From the NCBI GenBank assembly GCA_045613785.1, contig JAZLBQ010000008.1:1-21635 (forward strand): 21,635 nt of DNA. The letters run 5' to 3'. Origin of the DNA: Candidatus Enterousia sp. (GTDB taxonomy: Bacteria > Pseudomonadota > Alphaproteobacteria > Rs-D84). The position numbers and the translations under genes were made by a program. The notes beneath the pieces are model-generated. The model was not told the DNA's origin. It did no database searches and saw nothing but the letters and a program-made list of their open reading frames with translations. Below are positions 7,664-15,005 of this stretch, piece after piece; position 1 is the first letter of the stretch; every line of letters begins with the position of its first letter.

Positions 7664-8704
7664 ATGAACGCTATAAAAGAATTTTTCACCACACACAAAT
7701 ATGCCATAATATGGACACTGTGTTACACAGTTATAATGTGGGCAATTTTATATTTTATGTTCAACTTTAATATGTTTAACGGTTCACAATGGAATCACCT
7801 AATACACGCAGAATTACACGGTTTTGCAGGCTTTGTTTTTGGGATACTAATTCTATCAATGCTACCTCTTTACATTGCGACAACGACATTGGTTATCAGA
7901 AACAAAAAGCCACTAATAACAGTTCCAACACCAAAACTTCCTAAAATCAAGATTCCAAGTTTTCTATGCTCCACCCCTGCCCCAGCACCAGTTGCAGAAC
8001 CAGAAACACAAACACCCACCCCAGAACAACCTGAACCCACAACCGAACTATCAGATGAAATACCTGCGGAAATTCGCACCGCCTTTATTCGTGCCCGCAA
8101 TAACATAGGCCAGCTGCAAACATCTGCGTTTAATACTCCTGCCCCAAAACAACCAGAAAAGATTCTGGAAACCGTTGACACAACAAACGCATTTCCAATT
8201 CCAACAGATTTTGACATAGACAACGAGAGTGACGAACTGATACCATCATTTGAAGACAAACCACTATTTTCAGATACCCCATTATTTTCAGACATCAGCT
8301 TTGACGACACCCCTGAACAAAGAACAGAAGAATCCTCAACAGCAACGACAACAATAGATTCAGAATTCCCGTCAGACACAAATCAATTAAACGATTCTGC
8401 GATTATAAAACACCTAACACAATCAAATCGTTCATTTACAATAACTGACGACATAATTTTAACCGACACACACGCAATATCTGTTCACGAAGACCCAGAC
8501 TTTTGGGTTGCAGATTCCGAAAACTGGTTTGCCGCCGGCAAAACACGTCCATCACCAATCATAGCCGCAAAAAAAGCTGGTCAAACACATAACAAGAAGC
8601 CAGCAATCTATATTGGCTCGCAGAATATTCTAGATATCGACAAATTGATTTCGGAATGGGAATCAGACGAGATAACAGTCTTTACTGATTTAAGTGAAAT
8701 CTAA
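7664..8704 (+). CDS. Hypothetical membrane protein: two N-terminal TM helices, Pro/acidic linker, possible degenerate NERD-like C-terminal domain (346 aa)
   Basis: Hydrophobic segments YAIIWTLCYTVIMWAILYFMF and FAGFVFGILILSMLPLYIATTTLVI; C-terminal DDIILT..HAISVH..W..W..SPI. Confidence 0.8.
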   Translation: MNAIKEFFTTHKYAIIWTLCYTVIMWAILYFMFNFNMFNGSQWNHLIHAELHGFAGFVFGILILSMLPLYIATTTLVIRNKKPLITVPTPKLPKIKIPSFLCSTPAPAPVAEPETQTPTPEQPEPTTELSDEIPAEIRTAFIRARNNIGQLQTSAFNTPAPKQPEKILETVDTTNAFPIPTDFDIDNESDELIPSFEDKPLFSDTPLFSDISFDDTPEQRTEESSTATTTIDSEFPSDTNQLNDSAIIKHLTQSNRSFTITDDIILTDTHAISVHEDPDFWVADSENWFAAGKTRPSPIIAAKKAGQTHNKKPAIYIGSQNILDIDKLISEWESDEITVFTDLSEI

Positions 8705-8708
8705 CCCC

Positions 8709-8740
8709 TAAAAAAATCCCCCAAGCGGGGGATTTTTTTA
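8709..8740. terminator. Bidirectional terminator, palindrome copy 3
   Basis: TAAAAAAATCCCCC-AAGC-GGGGGATTTTTTTA with perfect 14-bp arms. The terminal TTA is the stop of the 943-aa gene. Confidence 0.85.
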
Positions 8741-11569
8741 CATCTTTATTGTGGTGCTGGTTGTGGTAGGTTCCATAAACTTTGTGCAGGCAACCCCTTC
8801 GTATGTCTGTGCGGTGACGGTTGTCTTTTTTCCGCCACCAATACCCAAGAAGCCACCGCCGCAGCCGCTCAAGATACTCAACCCGCCAGAACTGCACGAA
8901 GTGGATTTTTGTGTTGTTATAATTTCTTTCATTGTTTCGCACATTGTTGTTGTAGTTGTGATAGTGCAAGTATTGTTATCTGCGGAATAGACAGCAGACA
9001 TAGCAATTTTTCCAACCATATTTCCACGTTCATCCACCTGATTAAATTCAGAATGGCCCTTTTGTTGTTCGGCTGCAATGTCTGATAATTTTGCACCAGA
9101 TATCACATATTTTGTAGAATAGATGTCGTCGCCCGACATACCAACGTTTTCGCTGTCCTTGAAAATATTTTCAAAAGACCGTGGCTGATATTCTGTGCAA
9201 ATTGCTTCGCCGGTAAATAATGATGTTGAATATGCAACACATTCTGGTTCACTGCTTGAAGCCATTGAAGCGCATAAAATTGCTTTTACAGCATTGTCTT
9301 TTGACTCCAGCGCCTTGCCTAATAGGTCATTGTATTTTTTTGTATAATTTTTGTTTGCCTGTTCCAATCCCGATGAAATTATTGTCATAATTGATGAGTC
9401 CAGCAAATATGGGAAACGAGAATCAGCCTGGGATTCACGCCCACGAATTTGCGACATATCACGTCCTTCGACGCACATCTTTACCTTTGGGTCTTGGGAT
9501 AAAATTGCTATTTTTTGGTTAATTTTATTTGCCGTTGATTGCAGTGCCGATACAACCCGTGCAGTTGCAGGATCTATATCTTCTAGATGTGATTTATAGT
9601 CATTTATATTCAATTCGTATTTGCCAAATTTAACATCATCATCTGTTGATTTTGTTTTTTCAACTTTGACATTGCCAAATGATATTAAACCTTCTATAAC
9701 ATAATTTCCGTCGTTGTCTGAATAAGATAGTAGGCTTTCGGTTCCAATGTCTTTGTCTTCTTCAAATGCCAGACAGGTTGACACGTCACCACATAATTCA
9801 ATCATTTTTTCATCAACGATTGCAGTGCATTGGTCCAGCATTGCATTGTCTATACCTAGCCAAATACCACGAACAATATTTGCAATATCATCCCAGGTTG
9901 CAGCGTGTGTTGTTCCGTCGTCTTGTTCGATTTCTCTTTGGCATGATACTAGTTTTTCAAGTGGACACATTTCTTGCAGGGCGGCCAAATCCAGCCCGAC
10001 ACAATTAGAATAGTCCTTACCACACCTATCGTCACTTTGCAGGCAATTTTTAACTTCTGTTGTGCACGAATCGACACGCATAGACGCCAACCTAGCAACC
10101 ACAAAATCCCAGATATCAGATTGTTGTGCCTTTGCCTCACTGGACGCATCTATGCCACAGGCATTCAGTGGTATTTTACACAGGTTCAACATAGAAGCAG
10201 GACGGGTCAAACACATATCATAAGAACCGTCTGGGTCATTTGGGTCGATATTATCTTTACAGGCTTTTTGGAAACAGTCAGAAATATTACCGATACAACT
10301 CTGTCGTGCATTATCTTCTGCGATAAGTTCAGCGGATTTGATTTGCGGTGCAACCTCTTTCAAGAAAGTATCCCAAACTTGATCTGCAACATTTGCACAC
10401 GACCTAGTAACCGTATCACACAGTGGTTTTTTTGCCATCAACGTATCATATGTAGATGCAGAAATCGTTATATCTGTTACTGCTCCCTTAATTTTATAGT
10501 CTTTACCCTTTTTCTTACCAGCTGTCGTATTATCAATTGCCATCACAGTTGCACAATTTGCAAAATCTGAACCACAGCCAGCCGTTGTCTGCATACACTT
10601 TTTAAATTCAACTGTGCACTGTCCCAAATCATATTTATTTGCTGCACGCAACTGATCCAGTGCTGCTCCACGCAAAGCTCTTTCTGCTGCATTCAACTTT
10701 TGCTGACTAGCATTTTTTTGTTGTTTTAAACTATTTTCATACGCAGCACAATCCGACTTTATCTGCTGTGCGTACATCAACTGCAACATTGCCAAATCAC
10801 GTTCACACTCTGGGATACGTGCCAGACAAATTTCTGCGGCCGCACGATGCAACACATCACCTTCTTTGTCCGCCAATGGCGACATTGCCCCTGCACCAAA
10901 CACATCAGACGGCTCGTCTAAATCTATTTCCATATCCCACAAAGACAAATCTAATGCCTGGCGAGCTGATTTTTTTCCATCTGGGTTTTCCAACGACTGT
11001 GCCACGGCATTTGCATTAGCAATTACCATATCAGCATCTTCACCCATTTCAATACGTTCCACACCGACAGTCGCCATTTTATAAGTCTGTTGGTCCAAAG
11101 CCTCTATTTCAGCCAAGATTGCATCATAATCTGCTTTTTTATCGCTACACAAGCATCTGCCACCAGTTTCATTATCTAGCATACAGAAAGAATCCATACA
11201 GCCTTCATACTTTGCACGACACTCTTCATCAACAACAACATTTTTTGCCGCAGATGCAACCTTAGTCCCTGTTCCAATAACCTTTTGCGTTGTTGCTGCA
11301 CGTGCTGAAACAACGGGCTTTTGTGCTGAAGATGTCGCCACAGGTGTTGCAGAACGTCCACGAGTCACTGTTTTTTGTGCTGTTGTTGCAGCCACAGGTG
11401 CTGTTTTCGCAGACCGTGCGGCACGTGCCGCCGTAGTTGAAGTTGCAGATGTTGTCGCAGAATTAGCTGCTGTTGTTCCACGAACATTACGCCCTGTTGG
11501 TCTTGTTGCAGCAAAACCATCGCTTAGCAACCCTGCAATCAACATCGAAATAATCGCAATTTTATTCAT
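8738..11569 (-). CDS. Hypothetical secreted Cys-rich protein with Ala/Thr/Arg low-complexity N-terminus, coiled coil and repeated C-x6-C modules (943 aa)
   Basis: Signal peptide MNKIAIISMLIAGLLSDGFA, ARAAR/ATT-rich tract, CRAKYEGCMDSFC..CLCS; AGGGAAG RBS. Confidence 0.88.
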   Translation of the reverse strand: MNKIAIISMLIAGLLSDGFAATRPTGRNVRGTTAANSATTSATSTTAARAARSAKTAPVAATTAQKTVTRGRSATPVATSSAQKPVVSARAATTQKVIGTGTKVASAAKNVVVDEECRAKYEGCMDSFCMLDNETGGRCLCSDKKADYDAILAEIEALDQQTYKMATVGVERIEMGEDADMVIANANAVAQSLENPDGKKSARQALDLSLWDMEIDLDEPSDVFGAGAMSPLADKEGDVLHRAAAEICLARIPECERDLAMLQLMYAQQIKSDCAAYENSLKQQKNASQQKLNAAERALRGAALDQLRAANKYDLGQCTVEFKKCMQTTAGCGSDFANCATVMAIDNTTAGKKKGKDYKIKGAVTDITISASTYDTLMAKKPLCDTVTRSCANVADQVWDTFLKEVAPQIKSAELIAEDNARQSCIGNISDCFQKACKDNIDPNDPDGSYDMCLTRPASMLNLCKIPLNACGIDASSEAKAQQSDIWDFVVARLASMRVDSCTTEVKNCLQSDDRCGKDYSNCVGLDLAALQEMCPLEKLVSCQREIEQDDGTTHAATWDDIANIVRGIWLGIDNAMLDQCTAIVDEKMIELCGDVSTCLAFEEDKDIGTESLLSYSDNDGNYVIEGLISFGNVKVEKTKSTDDDVKFGKYELNINDYKSHLEDIDPATARVVSALQSTANKINQKIAILSQDPKVKMCVEGRDMSQIRGRESQADSRFPYLLDSSIMTIISSGLEQANKNYTKKYNDLLGKALESKDNAVKAILCASMASSSEPECVAYSTSLFTGEAICTEYQPRSFENIFKDSENVGMSGDDIYSTKYVISGAKLSDIAAEQQKGHSEFNQVDERGNMVGKIAMSAVYSADNNTCTITTTTTMCETMKEIITTQKSTSCSSGGLSILSGCGGGFLGIGGGKKTTVTAQTYEGVACTKFMEPTTTSTTIKM

Positions 11570-11593
11570 AAAACTTCCCTTCTAAATAATATT

Positions 11594-11602
11594 ATTTTAT
11601 CA
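11594..11602 (-). promoter_or_regulatory. Possible extended -10 promoter for the 943-aa gene
   Basis: TG-A-TAAAAT on the minus strand, about 25 nt upstream of the ATG; no clear -35. Confidence 0.35.
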
Positions 11603-11654
11603 CAGATAAGAATTTAATAAAAATGTTTTTTTATCATCTAACCATCAAAAAATA

Positions 11655-11682
11655 TTGACATTATGTTTTTTTGTCCTATATA
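11655..11682 (+). promoter_or_regulatory. Putative sigma70 promoter for the DUF3419-like gene
   Basis: TTGACA-N16-TATATA, followed by an AAAAGG RBS at 11701-11706. Confidence 0.55.
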
Positions 11683-11714
11683 TAAATATAATTTGAACAG
11701 AAAAGGCCATACCA

Positions 11715-12569
11715 ATGAACAAAAACTATAAAGACAAACTAGATTTTTTTGCGGCACATGCAGCATATGAGTTTCGCACACCACGAAACGGTCGCATATA
11801 TATTTCACGTCACGGCAAAGATTTAAGTTATTCACCTGCATATGTTTTATCAAACGAAGACCTACGAGATTCCGTCACAGCCGTTCCTGCCACAGGCAAA
11901 GACATCTTAACTATTGCTGGCAGTGGCGACCAGGCATTATTTTATGCTCTTGCAGGTGCAAAACACATTGACACATTTGACGTTTCTTTTTGTGCCAAGG
12001 CCATTATGGACACTAAGGTAGCCGCTATCAATCACGGATACACCTATGAACAATTTTTTAATCTACTTAACGAATTACACTATGGCAACAGCCTAGCAGA
12101 GGTCGCACCTGAAATTCTGAAAAAAATTCCTGAAGATTCTGCAACCTTCATCAAAAACATGCAAGGCTATCGCATATTTGGTAATGGATGGCGTCCTGGC
12201 AACTATGATTCAGAAAACATAAACCAGACAGAATACACCAAAATCCAATCCCAGAACACAAAGGATTTCAATTTTATTTGGTCAAATGTTGCTGACGTTC
12301 ACACACAATTGAATCGTCAATACGATATCATAAACATTTCAAACGTATTTGAATGGTCGCCGGAAATACTTGTTCCTTCGATTAAAAACCTACGCAACAG
12401 CGTAAAACCTGGTGGCCATATACTAATTCAGTCCGGCGATCCACTGGGCATGCACAGAAACTATCCGGTTTTTGCATTAGCCCAAGCAACCTTTGCAGAA
12501 TGGGCAAAAATTTGGCTACGAACAAAAAACCCAGGCAATCACATTGTAATGCTACAACGCATTCGTTAA
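11715..12569 (+). CDS. DUF3419/BtaA-like class I SAM-dependent transferase
   Basis: NED...ILTIAGSGDQAL.YAL.GAKHIDTFDVS (SAM-binding motif I/II region) and YDIINISNVFEW..VKPGGHILI. Confidence 0.7.
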   Translation: MNKNYKDKLDFFAAHAAYEFRTPRNGRIYISRHGKDLSYSPAYVLSNEDLRDSVTAVPATGKDILTIAGSGDQALFYALAGAKHIDTFDVSFCAKAIMDTKVAAINHGYTYEQFFNLLNELHYGNSLAEVAPEILKKIPEDSATFIKNMQGYRIFGNGWRPGNYDSENINQTEYTKIQSQNTKDFNFIWSNVADVHTQLNRQYDIINISNVFEWSPEILVPSIKNLRNSVKPGGHILIQSGDPLGMHRNYPVFALAQATFAEWAKIWLRTKNPGNHIVMLQRIR

Positions 12570-12596
12570 AAAAATCACCAAATGGGGATTTTTTTA
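12567..12596. terminator. Bidirectional terminator, palindrome copy 4 (one stem mismatch)
   Basis: TAAAAAAATCACC-AAAT-GGGGATTTTTTTA. The first TAA and last TTA are the stop codons of the two flanking genes. Confidence 0.75.
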
Positions 12597-12935
12597 TTTA
12601 CAACTTTCGCACACTGGCACAGGAACAATACGACGTTGAATCTGTGTTCCCATTGGCTTATAAACTGTCACAGGTTGATAAACCTGATAATGATCAATAA
12701 CTTCTGTATGTGTTTTTACACGCACAGGTTCTGCCGCAACTGGACGAACATCACATGGACGTGTCACAGGACGCACATCACGACTGGAATAAAAACGCTG
12801 ACCACAATCACTAGAAACATAATCTGCACGTTCCCATGTTGTCACTGTTTCTGTTTCAGTGTATGTGTAATCAGACGCAGACGCAGTCGTAAATACTGCC
12901 ATCGCAAAAAACACACCTAACAAAACTTTTTTCAT
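12594..12935 (-). CDS. Small exported hypothetical protein (~113 aa)
   Basis: Signal peptide MKKVLLGVFFAMAVFTTASA. AAAGGTG RBS spacing favours the ATG at 12935 over the GTG at 12938. DVRPV occurs twice; C-terminal CESC. Confidence 0.8.
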   Translation of the reverse strand: MKKVLLGVFFAMAVFTTASASDYTYTETETVTTWERADYVSSDCGQRFYSSRDVRPVTRPCDVRPVAAEPVRVKTHTEVIDHYQVYQPVTVYKPMGTQIQRRIVPVPVCESCK

Positions 12936-13018
12936 CACAACACCTTTTAATTTTTTTCACTCTCTGCCCCGACTTGTGGAAAAAGATAGCACACAAATCC
13001 TAATTGTCCAGATTTTTA

Positions 13019-13047
13019 TTGCAAAATACAAACTAATACCCTAAAAT
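13019..13047 (+). promoter_or_regulatory. Putative sigma70 promoter for the glycosyltransferase
   Basis: TTGCAA-N17-TAAAAT. Confidence 0.65.
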
Positions 13048-13053
13048 ACAAAT

Positions 13054-13154
13054 GACGTAAACAAAACGTCCGACTATAAATTTTCAACGGGAAATGCTTT
13101 TAGTATTGCTCCCAGCGACCCCATTAGTCTGTTTAACAAACAGAACCTAAGGGG
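13054..13154 (+). promoter_or_regulatory. Three-hairpin 5' leader; the last hairpin sequesters the RBS
   Basis: GACGT/ACGTC (13054-13070); GGGA-AATGC/GTATT-gc-TCCC (13089-13113); CCCC-a-TTAG-TCTGTTT/AAACAGA-ac-CTAA-GGGG (13119-13154). Confidence 0.55.
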
Positions 13155-13159
13155 GCTTT

Positions 13160-14221
13160 ATGCAAAAAATTTCCGTTATAATTCCATGCTTTAACGTTGA
13201 AAAATACATTGTTCGCTGCTTGGAATCGCTACGCACACAAACATTTTCAGACCTTGAAATAATATGCATTGACGATTGCTCTTGCGACAATACCGTCCAG
13301 ACAATTCAAGACTACCAACACTCTCACCCGACGATGAACATACGCCTGATACGCAAACGCAAGAACGGCGGTGTTTCCGTTGCACGAAACACTGGAATAA
13401 ATGCAGCAACAGGACTATACATTGGTTTTGTGGATGCAGACGATTATCCTGACTCAGATTTTTATGAAAAGCTTTACAAAAAAGGGGTAAAATACGACTC
13501 TGACATTGTTGTATCTAATATCCGAGAACACACGCTATCAGGAAAAATAACAACACGGACAAAATGGGTTCGCAATGTGGCACGAAATCGAAAATATTTC
13601 AATCACACAATCTGGTGTGCAATATATAAACGCACATTCTTGCAAGAGAATAAAATTATAAATCCAGTCGGTTTAACCAACGGCGAAGATACAGTATTTT
13701 GTATAAAATGTGCCTGTTCAACAAAAAAGATAACAACAGTTCCAAACACATATTACAACTACATTCGTTATGACAATTCGGCAGAATCGCAATTTTACAC
13801 AACACGCCACGTGAACTCACGCATAAAGATGGCAAATGCAATTGTTGACCAGATAAATCAGACGGACATACCAAAAGAAGAATACCTATTTCATTTTAAC
13901 AAAGCCTTTCGCTTTACATACGACTATGTATTCAAACGAACCACCGATGAATCTCTTCGCAAAGAATCATTAGCCAACGCAATTGAGTTATATAAGAAAT
14001 GCAAATACCCTGAATACTTCAAACAACACAGCACCGCCTACCCCTTTATACGCTGCAATGACATAAATGGTCTTTATCAATACCAGGCCTCACGCCACCA
14101 CCCACATAAAAAGATCAAGATAAAGTTATTTAAGCGTATTCCCATTTTATCAATAAACTATGAACCAGAAATGCGAACAATAAGATTTCTTGGAATTCCA
14201 ATTTTTCAAGTATTTGAATAA
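13160..14221 (+). CDS. Glycosyltransferase family 2 (GT-A fold)
   Basis: KISVIIPCFNVEKYI.RCLES, EIICIDDCS, GGVSVARNTGI, YIGFVDADD, GED motif. Confidence 0.95.
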   Translation: MQKISVIIPCFNVEKYIVRCLESLRTQTFSDLEIICIDDCSCDNTVQTIQDYQHSHPTMNIRLIRKRKNGGVSVARNTGINAATGLYIGFVDADDYPDSDFYEKLYKKGVKYDSDIVVSNIREHTLSGKITTRTKWVRNVARNRKYFNHTIWCAIYKRTFLQENKIINPVGLTNGEDTVFCIKCACSTKKITTVPNTYYNYIRYDNSAESQFYTTRHVNSRIKMANAIVDQINQTDIPKEEYLFHFNKAFRFTYDYVFKRTTDESLRKESLANAIELYKKCKYPEYFKQHSTAYPFIRCNDINGLYQYQASRHHPHKKIKIKLFKRIPILSINYEPEMRTIRFLGIPIFQVFE

Positions 14222-14250
14222 TAATCCCCCAAATTTGGGGGATTTTTTTA
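14222..14250. terminator. Bidirectional terminator, palindrome copy 5
   Basis: TAATCCCCC-AAATTT-GGGGGATTTTTTTA directly after the GT2 stop. The terminal TTA is the stop of the 213-aa gene. Confidence 0.85.
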
Positions 14251-14889
14251 TCTAGAATGAACCCGAACCAGCTCTGCACGATAATCTGACAATTGCGTTG
14301 AAAATGTCAAAAAATTCTTTGATGCAAACCAAATCGCCCCACAAATTGAATCGGCTTTAAAAACACCACTCCAATCAACTGGCACCGGCAAAATCTTTCC
14401 TGTTGTCTTATCACGCCGAACAATCGTCCCAACAACAGACTTTCCCTTTTTATTAAATCGTGGATGATTTACTTTTTGTGCCATACCTGAAAAATATTTA
14501 TCCCTTATCAAGGTTGTCACACATGCAACCACATCCCAATTCTTGAACTGCGGTGTTTCCTCTAACATTTTTTTAAGTTTTTTTGCCATTTTTTCTGTTT
14601 CTTCCTGGTATGGCACACAATAACCACAAAACCTTTCACAATTCCACTTTCCAGAATCAAAATTATAATACATCAAACCTTCATAATTTGCACCAAACAA
14701 TTCACGCATTTTATCATCAGTCAACAATTCTTTATCTTGTTGTTCAGGGCGTGCCTGATTATCAACTGCAGGCTCCTCCGCAGATAAATTTTTTTCAGAA
14801 AGATTTGATTGTGTATTTTTATTATTTGAACCAGAAAGATCAAAATATTTTACCACGAATTTATAACATACAGAAAACGCATTTACCAT
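14248..14889 (-). CDS. Hypothetical protein (213 aa)
   Basis: ORF fills the gap exactly, has an AAAGGA RBS and ends at the terminator. No recognisable family; one CxxxCxxC-like stretch (CERFCGYC). Confidence 0.7.
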   Translation of the reverse strand: MVNAFSVCYKFVVKYFDLSGSNNKNTQSNLSEKNLSAEEPAVDNQARPEQQDKELLTDDKMRELFGANYEGLMYYNFDSGKWNCERFCGYCVPYQEETEKMAKKLKKMLEETPQFKNWDVVACVTTLIRDKYFSGMAQKVNHPRFNKKGKSVVGTIVRRDKTTGKILPVPVDWSGVFKADSICGAIWFASKNFLTFSTQLSDYRAELVRVHSR

Positions 14890-14972
14890 TGCTGTTCCTT
14901 TACCCTACCGAAGGAAATGATATAAAAAAAGCACAAAAAATATCAAGGAAAAAAAATCAAATTTATAAAAAT

Positions 14973-15005
14973 AAAAACCCGAAATTCAGCGAACCGAATT
15001 TCGGG
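14973..15005 (-). terminator. Intrinsic terminator after rpsK
   Basis: 10-bp stem CCCGAAATTC/GAATTTCGGG followed by TTTTT on the minus strand. Confidence 0.8.

Noticed and set aside
3410-13000. CACAAATCC recurring in three intergenic regions (~3410, ~4159, ~12992)
   Set aside because: Short A/C-rich word on an A/C-skewed strand, with no consistent position relative to genes.
3448-14250. Repeated palindromes as a CRISPR array or integron attC sites
   Set aside because: Copies are kilobases apart with no cas genes. They lack paired RYYYAAC/GTTRRRY boxes (only one ATCTAAC near 8699), genes alternate in direction, and no integrase is present.
14620-14645. CERFCGYC in the 213-aa protein as a radical-SAM CxxxCxxC motif
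   Set aside because: The spacing fits, but no other radical-SAM barrel motifs are evident and the remaining sequence is too short. An HMM search would be needed to revive this.
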